Program-made: the position numbers and the translations under genes
Notes under the pieces: generated by a model
What the model was told of the DNA's origin: nothing
What the model saw: only the letters and a program-made list of their open reading frames with translations
Database searches by the model: none
Shown: positions 16,536 through 26,090 of the stretch, piece by piece
Numbering within the stretch: the first letter of the stretch is position 1
Layout of the letters: every line of letters starts with the position of its first letter
NCBI GenBank assembly: GCA_041611735.1
Contig: JBFIML010000010.1
Coordinates: 13,027 to 77,026 of the forward strand
DNA length: 64,000 bases
From: Myxococcota bacterium
Lineage (GTDB): Bacteria > Myxococcota_A > UBA9160 > PR03
Direction of reading: 5' to 3'

Positions 16536-18230
16536 CTACATCCCCGTGTAGTCGATCCCCTGGCCGCCCTCCGGCGGGGTCCAGGTGATGATCTGGTAGG
16601 GGTCGGCGATGTCGCACGTCTTGCAGTGGACGCAGTTCTCGTGGTGGATCAGCAGCTTCTTCTTCCCCGCTTGCTCGTCGTCCGGGACCATCTCGTACAC
16701 GTGGGCCGGGCAGAAGTGCTCGCAGGGATTCCCGTACTCCTCGCTGCACACGTCGCGGCACAGGTCGGTGTCCGCCACCACGAGGTGCGACGGCTGGTCG
16801 ACCTCGTGGGTGGCGCCGCTGTGCTGCACCAGCGTCTCGCGGTCGAAGGTGAGCTTGCGGTCGAACTCGGGGCGCGGCGGCGTCCGCTCGGCCGCTTCGA
16901 GCTGCGAGAGCTTCTTGTAGTGCGCCCAGCCCGGCTGGGTGGCGATGGGATCCAGCAGCCCGCGTCCCCGGGTGATCATGCGGAAGGGCTGGTTCAGGAA
17001 GAAGAAGAGCGCGCCCTTCTCCCACGAGCCGTGGAAGTTGCGGGCCTCCATGTGCTCCTCCCAGGCCCAGCTGCGCTGATACCGCTCGGCGTAGCCGCCC
17101 AGGGTGACGGCACTCGTGTCCTTGGCCCGCAGCGCGTCGACGATCGTCTCTGCGGCCAGCATGCCGGACTTCATGGCCATGTGGATGCCGGCGAGCCTTT
17201 CCGCGTTGCAGAAGCCCGCCGAGTCGCCCACGATCAGCGCCCCGTCCGCGTAGAGCTTGGGCTGCGCGTACAGGCCGCCCGCCGGGAGGGCGCGCGCGCC
17301 GTACTTCACCAGCTCCGCGCCCTCCAGGAGGTTCCGGATGAAGGGATGCTCCTTGAAGCGCTGCATGGACAGATGGGGATTGTTCCACGGGCTCTCGGCG
17401 TCCAACATCGTCACGTAGCCCAGGGAGATCTGGGTGTCCTGGATGTCGTACAGCCACATGCCGCTCACGGGCTTGAACCAGTTCGGCCAGCCCATGCCGT
17501 GGATCACGCGACCCGGACGGTGCTTCTTGGGATCGATCTTCCAGATCTCCTTGATGCCGGTCTCGTAGACCTGGGGGTTGGGTCCCTCGAGCCCGAACTG
17601 CTGGATCATCTGTTTGGTGAGCGTGCCGAGTACGCCTTCGCCGAGCACCGTGACCTTGGCGTAGATGTCCATTCCGGGCTGGAAGTTCGACTTCGGGTTG
17701 CCGTGCTTGTCGACGCCCATGTCGCCAATCCGTACCCCGACGACGCGGCTCCCTTCGGTCAGCAGCCTTTCGCCCGCGAAGCCCGGATAGATCTCGACAC
17801 CCGCCTGCTCGCAACGCGCCGCCATCCACTGGACCACCTTGCTGATCGAGACCACCGGGTACCCACGCTTGCGGAACGCCGGCGGGGTGATGGGCGACAC
17901 GAAGTGGCGCTTCTTCGTGAAGAAGTACAGGTAGTCCTTGGTGCAGAAGTGCTCGATCGGAAAGCCTTCGTCCCTCCAGCCGGGCACGAGCTCGGCGATG
18001 GCGCGCGGGTTCATGACGGCTCCCGAGAGCACGTGCTCTCCCACGGCCGCGCCCTTCTCGATCACCAGGATGGTGGGCGGCTCGATGGGCTCGCCGCCCT
18101 CGCGCTCCACGCGCTCGTTGTGGGCCTGGATCTGGCTCTGGAGATGGAGTGCCGAGGCCAGGGTCCCCGGGCCGGCGCCGACGAACAGGACGTCGACCTC
18201 GAGGCTCTCGCGTTCCACCGGCTGGGACAT
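16536..18230 (-). CDS. electron-transfer flavoprotein:ubiquinone oxidoreductase
   Basis: C-terminal 564 aa of the 1115-aa track ORF. FAD motif DVLFVGAGPGTLASA, C-terminal Cys cluster CEHFCPAHVYE...ENCVHCKTCD. SD GGAGGAGG before the ATG at 18230. Confidence 0.95.
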   Translation of the reverse strand: MSQPVERESLEVDVLFVGAGPGTLASALHLQSQIQAHNERVEREGGEPIEPPTILVIEKGAAVGEHVLSGAVMNPRAIAELVPGWRDEGFPIEHFCTKDYLYFFTKKRHFVSPITPPAFRKRGYPVVSISKVVQWMAARCEQAGVEIYPGFAGERLLTEGSRVVGVRIGDMGVDKHGNPKSNFQPGMDIYAKVTVLGEGVLGTLTKQMIQQFGLEGPNPQVYETGIKEIWKIDPKKHRPGRVIHGMGWPNWFKPVSGMWLYDIQDTQISLGYVTMLDAESPWNNPHLSMQRFKEHPFIRNLLEGAELVKYGARALPAGGLYAQPKLYADGALIVGDSAGFCNAERLAGIHMAMKSGMLAAETIVDALRAKDTSAVTLGGYAERYQRSWAWEEHMEARNFHGSWEKGALFFFLNQPFRMITRGRGLLDPIATQPGWAHYKKLSQLEAAERTPPRPEFDRKLTFDRETLVQHSGATHEVDQPSHLVVADTDLCRDVCSEEYGNPCEHFCPAHVYEMVPDDEQAGKKKLLIHHENCVHCKTCDIADPYQIITWTPPEGGQGIDYTGM

Positions 18231-18331
18231 GGGAACCTCCTCCGGGCAGACGCCGCCCCTGTCCAAAAGTAAGCGAACCGCCCTTCGGGTCAACCGACCC
18301 GGATCCCCGGGGGCCGCCGCGTCGCTGACCG

Positions 18332-19531
18332 TCAGTCGGGATTCTTCTCCGGCACGAGCGTGCTTCGGGAGAGCACGAAGATCGCGACGGCCGCGCCGAG
18401 CAGGACCGCGCCGATGGCGAACGGGGCCCCGGGGCCGATGCGCCCGAAGACGGCTCCGCCCCAGAGTGGCCCCGCGACGCGTCCAGTCGTCGCCATGGAC
18501 TGGCTCTCGCCGAGCAGCTCGCCGGCGTGCTCCTGGTGACAGGCGCGCGAATAGAGCGCGGTGAAGGCCGGAAAGGCGAGTCCGTTGCCCACCGCGATGA
18601 GCGGTCCCACCGCGAAGAACCAGGCGTACGAGGGGCACAGGGGGATCAGGGCCAGGCCCAGGGCGGTGGAGGAAAGGCCCAGGATCACGAGCCGGACCTC
18701 GCCGAGGCGATCCGCCAGGCGGCCCACCAGCACGCCCTGCGTGAACGCGATGAAGAGGCCCAGGAACGCAAACACCCGGCCTGCCTCGCGGGTGCCCAGC
18801 GCGAAGCGCTCGTGCAGGAACAGGGCGAACATCGACTCGAGGGCGGCGAAGGCCGTGAAGATGTGCAGGAAGAGATAGAGATAGAGACCGATGCGTCGCT
18901 CGTGCACGGCGGTGGCGAGGCGTAGCGGCGTCGGCACCAGCACGCGGGCGAGGCGTCTCCATTCCAGCGGCGCATTGCGCGGCGGTCGCGACTCCGGCAG
19001 CCGCAGCCAGGCCACCAGCCAGTTGGCCGCCGCCAGGCCCGCCACGGTCCAGAACGGCAGCCGCTCGTGGATGGCGCCGAGCTCCCCGCCGAGCGCATTG
19101 CCCAGCACGAAGCCGAGGCCGAAGGCGGCACCGATCAGGCCCATCCCGCGCGCGCGGTCGGCGGGTGGAGTCAGGTCCGTGACCACCGCCTGGGCGGTGC
19201 CGATGCTGGCGGCGAAGAAGCCGCCCAGCGCTCGCGCGGCGTAGACGGCAACGAGGGTCTCCGCCAGGGCGAGCACCACGAAGGAGGCGGCCGTCCCGGC
19301 CAGGGACACGAGCAGCACGGGCCGGCGCCCGACGCGGTCCGACATCCAGCCCCAGGCCGGCAGGAACAAGAGCTGGGTCAGGGCGTAGATGGACAGGATC
19401 AGGCCCACCTCCAGCGGTGTGGCGCCGAGCCGGGCCGCGTACAGGGGAAGCACGGGGATCAGGACGCTGAACCCGACGAAGTCGAGCAGGATCGTGACGA
19501 AGACGATGCCGAGAGCGCCCCGCAGCTGCAC
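18332..19531 (-). CDS. MFS transporter
   Basis: About 12 TM helices. MFS loop motif GWMSDRVGRRPVLL. GTG at 19531 sits 5 nt after GGAGGG. The upstream part of the track ORF is antisense to the next gene. Confidence 0.85.
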   Translation of the reverse strand: MQLRGALGIVFVTILLDFVGFSVLIPVLPLYAARLGATPLEVGLILSIYALTQLLFLPAWGWMSDRVGRRPVLLVSLAGTAASFVVLALAETLVAVYAARALGGFFAASIGTAQAVVTDLTPPADRARGMGLIGAAFGLGFVLGNALGGELGAIHERLPFWTVAGLAAANWLVAWLRLPESRPPRNAPLEWRRLARVLVPTPLRLATAVHERRIGLYLYLFLHIFTAFAALESMFALFLHERFALGTREAGRVFAFLGLFIAFTQGVLVGRLADRLGEVRLVILGLSSTALGLALIPLCPSYAWFFAVGPLIAVGNGLAFPAFTALYSRACHQEHAGELLGESQSMATTGRVAGPLWGGAVFGRIGPGAPFAIGAVLLGAAVAIFVLSRSTLVPEKNPD

Positions 19532-19627
19532 GCGTCCCTCCCCCCCGCGTCGGGGAGAAGAGCATGCCACGCCCACCGGGGCACGGCTCCTGAGGCGCGA
19601 GCACCCGGCGCCCCGTATACTGCTTGC

Positions 19628-20599
19628 GTGCGTTCCTTCGAATCGGGCCTCGTGGATCTCGTCCGGGAGTTCCTGCTCGGTCACGAGCTGCTGAGACGCA
19701 CCTTCGCTCGCCTGCAGAGCGGTGAGCTCCGCTTCGAGGAGCTGCAGCAGCTCGTCGGGGACAGCGAGGCGAGCGTCCTGTTCCGGCTGAAGGAGCGTTG
19801 CCACGCCCTGTTCCGGCAGGTCGAGGCCGGCGGCGACCCGGCCATGACGCGCGGCGCCCTGTTCGACCTGGCGGTGGGCTCACTCTTCCACGAAGCCATG
19901 AAGCTTCGTGAGAACTTCTACCAGCTCGCCGTGTACGCGCCGAAGGTGGCGGCGCTGCGCAGCCAGGCGGGCGCGGACGCGGACCGTCTGTTCCAGGAGT
20001 TCGAGCGCATCCTGGCCGCCGCCGGCAGCCGCCTGGAGGAGGCCCGCAACGAGACCGAGGCCCTGCTCGACCAGACCCGCGAGCAGTTCCGTCGGCTCCT
20101 GGTGGCGCATCGCTCGAACGGCCTGGTCACGCGCTACCTGCTGGAGAACCGCACGCTGGTGGAGCAGGTGCTCGGCGACCCGCTCGAGGATCTGCTCGAC
20201 CAGATCCACGGCGAGGCCATCGAGGGCTATGCCCAGGCCGCGCGCTCCTACCTCGAGAGCGGATACTTCGAGGAGGCGCGGCACGCCCTGGCCGAGGCCC
20301 TGGATCGCGAACCGGGCCGGCCGGAGTTGCGGCGGCTGGCGGCGTACTCCCAGGGCATGGCCGCCTACCTGCAGGGCCGCTACACGGAGGCCGTCGCCAG
20401 CCTCGAGCGCTGGCTCGAGGACGCACCAGCCGCCGAGGCCAAGCCCTTCGCCCAGCTCTCGGCGGCGGCCCTGTTGCGCCTGGGCCAGCTCGTGGAGGGC
20501 TCCGACCAGGCGCCGGCGGCGCCCCGCGCCGCGGAGCTCGCACGACGGCTCCAGGCCCTGCTTGCGCCTCCGCCCCCGGGAGCCTCCGCGGGCTGCTAG
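19628..20599 (+). CDS. helical hypothetical protein with TPR-like C-terminal part
   Basis: Starts at an in-frame GTG at 19628 (VRSFESGLVDLVREF...). C-terminal YFEEARHALAEALDREPG...YLQGRYTEAVASLERWLE is TPR-like. TATACT lies 6 nt upstream of the start. Confidence 0.6.
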   Translation: MRSFESGLVDLVREFLLGHELLRRTFARLQSGELRFEELQQLVGDSEASVLFRLKERCHALFRQVEAGGDPAMTRGALFDLAVGSLFHEAMKLRENFYQLAVYAPKVAALRSQAGADADRLFQEFERILAAAGSRLEEARNETEALLDQTREQFRRLLVAHRSNGLVTRYLLENRTLVEQVLGDPLEDLLDQIHGEAIEGYAQAARSYLESGYFEEARHALAEALDREPGRPELRRLAAYSQGMAAYLQGRYTEAVASLERWLEDAPAAEAKPFAQLSAAALLRLGQLVEGSDQAPAAPRAAELARRLQALLAPPPPGASAGC

Positions 20600-21345
20600 G
20601 CGGCCGCCGCCGCCGGACCCCGCAGCCGGCGCCGGAGCCACAGGCCCCCGCCCACCAACGCCAGGCCGAGGGCGATCCACTGGGCCTCGGTGAGCTCCGC
20701 CGCCACCCGGGGATTGACGCGCCAGAACTCGATCACGAAGCGGCCCGCCGCCGCCAGCGCCAAGTACTCGCCAAACAGCAGCGGGCTCGTGCGCCGCCGC
20801 CGCCACAGCCACGCCGCCACCAGCACCAGCCAGGCGACCTCGTAGAGCTGGGTCGGGTGGACCGGCTCCAGGGTGGGCGGCGCCCCCTTCGGGAAGGCGA
20901 CGCCCCACGGCGCGTCGGTCACGCGTCCGTAGTCGTCGCCCACCAGGAAGCACCCGATCCGACCCATGGCCTGACCGACCGGGAGGGCCAGCGCGATGCA
21001 GTCCGAGAGGGCCTTGAGGGGCAGGCGGTGGACGAGCCCCCCGATGATCCCGAACAGGATCCCGCCCAGCAGGCCGCCGTACCAGGTAATGCCCTCGCGG
21101 GCCAGCAACAGCGAGAGGAAGGGCAGCCCTTCACGCAGGTGGGTGTCGACGGCGAAGTAGAGCTTCGAGCCCCCGATCCCCCCCACCATCACCCAGATCA
21201 GCAGGCTGGTCGCCTTGTCCGGGTCCATCCCCAGCTCGCGCATGCGCCCGGCGGCGATCCAGGTGCCCACCAGGAACGCCGCGGCGAGCATCAAGCCGAA
21301 GGAGCTGATCGGAAAGCCAAAGATCTCGAAGACGACGGGATACAC
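20596..21345 (-). CDS. lgt: prolipoprotein diacylglyceryl transferase
   Basis: FGFPISSFGLMLAAAFL..., GRIGCFLVGDDYG, HPTQLYE. GTG start. Confidence 0.93.
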   Translation of the reverse strand: MYPVVFEIFGFPISSFGLMLAAAFLVGTWIAAGRMRELGMDPDKATSLLIWVMVGGIGGSKLYFAVDTHLREGLPFLSLLLAREGITWYGGLLGGILFGIIGGLVHRLPLKALSDCIALALPVGQAMGRIGCFLVGDDYGRVTDAPWGVAFPKGAPPTLEPVHPTQLYEVAWLVLVAAWLWRRRRTSPLLFGEYLALAAAGRFVIEFWRVNPRVAAELTEAQWIALGLALVGGGLWLRRRLRGPAAAAA

Positions 21346-21410
21346 GGGCTGCCGCCCCCCGGTCGGAAGCTAGGGGAAGGCCAGCAGCGGAACAAGCGAG
21401 GAGGACGCCT

Positions 21411-22895
21411 TCAGCGCTCGCCGAGCGTCACGTGGAAGCACGCACCCTGGCCGGGATGGCTCTCCACCCAGGCGCGCCCGCCATGCACCTCGGCGATCTT
21501 CCGCACGATCGCCAGGCCGATGCCGGTGCTGCGCCGCCCGCCGGGGCTCGGCATGCTCTGGAACATGCCGAAGATGCGCTCCTGGTGGACGGGCGCGACG
21601 CCGCGGCCGTTGTCGCGGACCGTGAGGTGCCAACCTCCTTCCTCCTCCAGCACCTCCACCTCGATCCGGGGGCTGGCACACGGGCCCATGTGCTGCAGGG
21701 CATTCCCGATCAGGTTGGCGAAGATCTGGTAGAGGCGGGTGCCGTCGCAACGCACCAGGGGCGGATCCTCGGGGATGCGCAGCTCGATGCCGTGCTCGTC
21801 CAGCTGCGCCTTGAGCTCCGCATGGAGCCGGAGCAGGGCGTCGCGGGGATCGACCAGCGCGGAGGGCTCCGGCGCGCCCTCGATGCGCGAGAAGTCGAGC
21901 AGCTCCCGGATCAGGGCCTCCATGGTGCGGCCGGCCTCTTCGATGCGCTGCAGGTAGTGCGCACCGGTCTCCCCGAGGCGTCCGCCGTGGTCCTCGCGTA
22001 ACAGTCGGGAGAAGCCCAGCACCGAGACCAGGGGGCCGCGCAGGTCGTGGGAGACGACCCGGGCGGTCTCCTCGAGCTCGGCGTTCTTGCGCTGGAGGTC
22101 GCGCTTGAACTCGCGACGCTCTGTCTCGTCGCGCAGGAACGCCACCGCGCCGACGACGGTGAGGTCGGCGAGCCGCAGCGGGCTCGCGGAGAGGGAGACC
22201 CAGATCGTCGTGCCGTCGCTGCAGCGCAGCTCCACCTCCTCGCGTAGGGCGCGATGCTGGGGCTCCAGGGCGCGTGCCAGCAGGGCGGCGTCGCCGCGGT
22301 CCACCAGGAACTGCTCGACGCGCCGACCCCGCACCTCGGCCGGATCCCAGCCGAGCACGTAGCGCACGGCCGGGTTGGCGTACTCGATGTACCCTTCGCG
22401 GTCGGACACCACCACGGGATCGGGCGAGCTGTCGAGGATCGCGCTCAGGTACTCGACCGTGCGCCGGAACTCCTCCGCCCGGAGCTCCTGGTCCGAACGC
22501 CGTCTCACCAGCGCGACGATCGCCCCCTGCCCGCTATCCCGGCCGAGGGGGACCGCCGCGAACTCGACGGTCTCCACCTCCCCGTCGGGCGTACGCACCT
22601 CCACGCGCTCGCTCCAGACCCCGCCCTCCCGATCCAGGCGCGCCCTCAGCGCGTCGCCGTGCTCGGAGTCGACCAGGAATTCGCGCCAGAAGCGTCCGAG
22701 GAGCGTACGCGAATCGCCACCGGCGCCCAGGATGGAATCGCTCAGCCAGACGATGCGGCCCTCGAGATCCACGACGACCACCCCGGGCTCGAGCCGCGAC
22801 AGCCCCTCGAGCAGGGGCAGCGCGTCGAGTCGGGCGAGCGGCTTCTCCAGGGCGGGGGGCGTCAATGCTTGCTTCTCTCTCCCTGCGCGCTCCAC
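21411..22895 (-). CDS. cytoplasmic PAS-domain sensor histidine kinase
   Basis: Two PAS-like segments. H-box VVSHDLRGPL, N-box FANLIGNALQH, G-boxes RDNGRGV and GIGLAIV. No TM helix. Start is GTG 22895 or TTG 22865. Confidence 0.85.
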   Translation of the reverse strand: MERAGREKQALTPPALEKPLARLDALPLLEGLSRLEPGVVVVDLEGRIVWLSDSILGAGGDSRTLLGRFWREFLVDSEHGDALRARLDREGGVWSERVEVRTPDGEVETVEFAAVPLGRDSGQGAIVALVRRRSDQELRAEEFRRTVEYLSAILDSSPDPVVVSDREGYIEYANPAVRYVLGWDPAEVRGRRVEQFLVDRGDAALLARALEPQHRALREEVELRCSDGTTIWVSLSASPLRLADLTVVGAVAFLRDETERREFKRDLQRKNAELEETARVVSHDLRGPLVSVLGFSRLLREDHGGRLGETGAHYLQRIEEAGRTMEALIRELLDFSRIEGAPEPSALVDPRDALLRLHAELKAQLDEHGIELRIPEDPPLVRCDGTRLYQIFANLIGNALQHMGPCASPRIEVEVLEEEGGWHLTVRDNGRGVAPVHQERIFGMFQSMPSPGGRRSTGIGLAIVRKIAEVHGGRAWVESHPGQGACFHVTLGER

Positions 22896-23041
22896 GCAGC
22901 CTGCCTCGGTGATGTCGCGCTGTGCATCGAGGGGCGCGCCTTCACAGGGACCGGTCCATCCATCACTTCCGGCCCCTCGGTCTTGGGGGAGCCACGGCAG
23001 CGCAGCCACGCGAATCCTATCACACGCCGTCTCGCATCGAT

Positions 23042-23071
23042 GGACAAACAGGGGACAAACGGGGGACAGAG
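23042..23071. repeat. three direct repeats with 11-bp phasing (GGACAAAC, GGACAAAC, GGACAGAG)
   Basis: Copies at 23042-23049, 23053-23060 and 23064-23071, in the 369-bp divergent intergenic region. Confidence 0.6.
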
Positions 23072-23264
23072 GTTTCTCCCGGATCACGTCGGCTTGGCAA
23101 GCGGCCCGCCGCCGATTTCCGCCGGGGGCCCGCCGGGGACTGCACACGAAAGAAGCGACCCTTGTGAGAACCGTTTGGCCGATGCAATCTCCGAGGCCGG
23201 TCCGGGGGGTGAGGCGCCCTGCGCGCCGCGCGCCCCGCCTGCCTGCCCTACGAGGAGGCGACCC

Positions 23265-23840
23265 ATGGACGACGCCGCATCGGGGCCGCACGGGGGCCGC
23301 ATCCGCGGAGGTCCCCTCGCTCTTCTCACCGCCTGCGCCTTCCTGCTCGCCACCGGCGGGGAGGCCCCTTCCCCGGCGCTGCACCCGGGCGGCGTCGACG
23401 AGCGAGCCGCCCGGCTGGAAGCGGCAGACGTGGCGCGCGTGCTCGGGCGCGTGAACCCCACCCTGTCGCAACGTCAGCTCGCGCGCATCGGGGCGGCGGT
23501 GGTGCGCTACAGCGCCAAGTACGACCTCGACCCGGAGCTCGTCACCGCCATCATCCTGGTGGAGAGCAGTGCGCGTCCGGAGGCGCGCAGCCCCAAGGGC
23601 GCCATGGGCCTGATGCAGGTCATGCCCTACTGGCACGCCATGCTCGGGATGGCCGGCAACTCCAGCACGCTCGAGAGCAACATCGAGGCGGGCTGCCTGA
23701 TCCTGGCCAGCAACATCCGGCGCCTGGGGGAGGAGGACGGCATCTCCTCCTACTTCTGGGGCTCCCAGATCCGCGGCCTGGGCTACCTGGAGCGCGTGCG
23801 CGCGGCCCGCAGCAGCGTACGCCGCTGGCTCGACTCCTGA
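23265..23840 (+). CDS. lytic transglycosylase (SLT domain), secreted
   Basis: SD GAGGAGG lies 6 nt before the ATG. Signal-like LALLTACAFLLA. SLT catalytic motif VESSARPEARSPKGAMGLMQVMP. Confidence 0.85.
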   Translation: MDDAASGPHGGRIRGGPLALLTACAFLLATGGEAPSPALHPGGVDERAARLEAADVARVLGRVNPTLSQRQLARIGAAVVRYSAKYDLDPELVTAIILVESSARPEARSPKGAMGLMQVMPYWHAMLGMAGNSSTLESNIEAGCLILASNIRRLGEEDGISSYFWGSQIRGLGYLERVRAARSSVRRWLDS

Positions 23841-23877
23841 CTCCTGAACGGGCGGGAAGCTCGCGCGGCGCGCCAAC

Positions 23878-24729
23878 GTGTCGTCCTCCGTCCGCCGGAC
23901 GGAATGCCACTTCGAGGCGCCCGACGGGACGCTCCTGTTCCGGCGCGGTTGGCTCCCCGCGGTCGCGCGGCGCGTGCTCGTAGTCGTCCACGGCCTCGCG
24001 GAGCACAGCGGTCGCTACGAAGCCTTCGGGGCCTGGTTTGCGTGCCGGGGGGCCGCCGTGCACGCCTACGACCAGCGCGGGCACGGGCGCTCCGCCGGGC
24101 GACGGGTCCACGTGGAGCGCTTCGCCCAGCTCGTGGACGACCTGGGCGCGTTCCTCGAGCGGGTGCGCAGCGAGCACGCCGGGCTGCCGGCGACGGTCGT
24201 GGGCCACAGCCTGGGGGGCCTCGTGGTGGCGGCCCTTCTCGTCCGCCGGCCTCCGGGGCTGGCGGGCGCCGTGCTGTGCGCGCCGGCCCTGCCGTCGGGG
24301 CGTTCCGTCCCGCTCGGGCGCCGCCTGTGGTTGCAACTGCTGGGGCGTCTCGCGCCGCGTCTGCGTCTGGGGATCGGGATCGACGCCCAGGACCTCTCGC
24401 GCGATCCCGCCGTGGTGAGGGGCTACCTGGAGGACCCCCTGGTGGAGCGGCGCCTGAGCGCGCGCCTCGCGGCCGAGATCCTCGCTGCCCGGGCCGGCCT
24501 GGCGTCCGCGGGACCCGAGTTCGAGGCACCGCTCCTGCTCCTGCATGGAGAGGCGGACCGCATCTGCCCGTCGGAGGCGAGCCAGGCCTTCCAGGCCCGC
24601 TGCGGCGACGCCGTGGCAACCCTGCGCCTATACCCGGAGCTGCGACACGAGCCCTTCAACGAGCCGGAGCGGGAGCAGGTCTTCGAGGACGTGCGGGACT
24701 GGCTCGAGGGCTTGCAGCGGCCGGCCTGA
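23878..24729 (+). CDS. alpha/beta hydrolase (lysophospholipase / monoacylglycerol lipase-like)
   Basis: VVVHGLAEHSGRY, nucleophile elbow GHSLGG, HGEADRICP, ELRHEPFNE. Confidence 0.85.
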   Translation: MSSSVRRTECHFEAPDGTLLFRRGWLPAVARRVLVVVHGLAEHSGRYEAFGAWFACRGAAVHAYDQRGHGRSAGRRVHVERFAQLVDDLGAFLERVRSEHAGLPATVVGHSLGGLVVAALLVRRPPGLAGAVLCAPALPSGRSVPLGRRLWLQLLGRLAPRLRLGIGIDAQDLSRDPAVVRGYLEDPLVERRLSARLAAEILAARAGLASAGPEFEAPLLLLHGEADRICPSEASQAFQARCGDAVATLRLYPELRHEPFNEPEREQVFEDVRDWLEGLQRPA

Positions 24730-24800
24730 GGCGTGCCGCGAGCCGGCCCCGGTTGGTCACCCGACGGAGCCTGGCTACCTTGGCCACGGGGAAGGCGCCT

Positions 24801-26045
24801 TTGCTGCGACGGCTCGCCGCGAGTCTCCTGTTGGCCTGCTGCGCGGCGGGGGCGACCGAGGTCCAGGCCGAGACCCTCGTCTTCGAGCCCGGCGAGCGCG
24901 CCAGCTGGTCGCTGCGCAACGTGTTCGCCTTCCTGCGTCCCGGCCACTTCTACCGGGCGCGCAGGCTCCACGTGGAGACGACGCCCCCGGGCGCGACCCT
25001 CGACCTCTTCTACGTGCGGTCCGGCTTCCAGAAGCGCTACGAGCAGACCACCGCCCCCGTGGATCTCGTGCTGCCGCGTTGCATCGAGGCGAGCCCCCGA
25101 GATTCGGTCACCATCCGGGCGCTGGCGGACGGCTATCGGCAGACGACGATGCACGTCCGCGTGTGCGCGACGCCCCGCGAGATGGTCGTGCAGCTCGATC
25201 CGCTTCCGAACACGCTGCGGGCCGTGGCCCATACGTACTTCTCCGGACGCGCCTCCCTCGGCTTCCTGTTGGACGAGTCGCCCACCGTGCGCCTCCAGGA
25301 GGCCGCCGGCGGCTTCAGCGTGATCCTGGCGGAGACGGCGGAGGCGGTGGAGCTGGAAGACGCCCTGCGCGCGATCCACAGCCCCCTGGTCGGGCAGGTG
25401 GCGGCGCGTCAGCTCGGCGAGGATCTGCTGGTGGAGGTGGAGTGGGCCAACGGCGCCTCGCCGGACGCCGTGGAGCTGCGCTCGCGCCAGGACCACGACG
25501 CCGTGCGCAACCTGTATCGCTACAGCATCGATCTCGTCCCGGGCGATCGGGGCGCGCTCGCGGTGGAGCGGGCCCGGACGGCCCTGGCGCGCATCGGGCC
25601 CGAGGACGTGACCGGGTGTCCGGCGTTCTTCGATGCCGAGCTGCGGGCCGTCCTGGACCGCGCCGCCCTGGCCCGGGCCCTGCGCCCCCGGGGCGACTTC
25701 ACGGATCCCTTCCTGCGCGCGGCCCTGCGCCGGCTCGGCGAGATCTCGCCGGGCGGCGTGATCCGACTCGCCGACGGCGCCCGCTACCGGCCGAGTGAGC
25801 CCCTCGAGCTGGCCGCCGCCGCCAGCGAGGCGGCGCTGGCCGAGGGGTACCTCGCGCTGCTGCGTCGCTTCGTGGAGGAGCTCGAGCCGGCGCCCTACCG
25901 GGTGGAGACGCTGCGCAGCCTGGTGGCTCCGGAGCTCTCCCCCAGCGCCTTCTCGGCGGCAGTGTCCCGCGCCGAGCAGCGCGAGCTTCGCTGTCGAGGC
26001 AGTGCGCGCTCGGAGCGGCGCGACGCCGGTCGCTGGCTCGGCTAA
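24801..26045 (+). CDS. secreted or lipoprotein hypothetical protein
   Basis: In-frame TTG at 24801 sits 5 nt after GGGGAAGG. Signal peptide LLRRLAASLLLACCAAGATEVQA. No recognisable family. Alternative TTG starts at 24753 and 24780. Confidence 0.6.
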   Translation: MLRRLAASLLLACCAAGATEVQAETLVFEPGERASWSLRNVFAFLRPGHFYRARRLHVETTPPGATLDLFYVRSGFQKRYEQTTAPVDLVLPRCIEASPRDSVTIRALADGYRQTTMHVRVCATPREMVVQLDPLPNTLRAVAHTYFSGRASLGFLLDESPTVRLQEAAGGFSVILAETAEAVELEDALRAIHSPLVGQVAARQLGEDLLVEVEWANGASPDAVELRSRQDHDAVRNLYRYSIDLVPGDRGALAVERARTALARIGPEDVTGCPAFFDAELRAVLDRAALARALRPRGDFTDPFLRAALRRLGEISPGGVIRLADGARYRPSEPLELAAAASEAALAEGYLALLRRFVEELEPAPYRVETLRSLVAPELSPSAFSAAVSRAEQRELRCRGSARSERRDAGRWLG

Positions 26046-26090
26046 CCTGGTCTTTCCTCGACCCCTTCGCCGGTTCCGGCGGAGCCTTCC

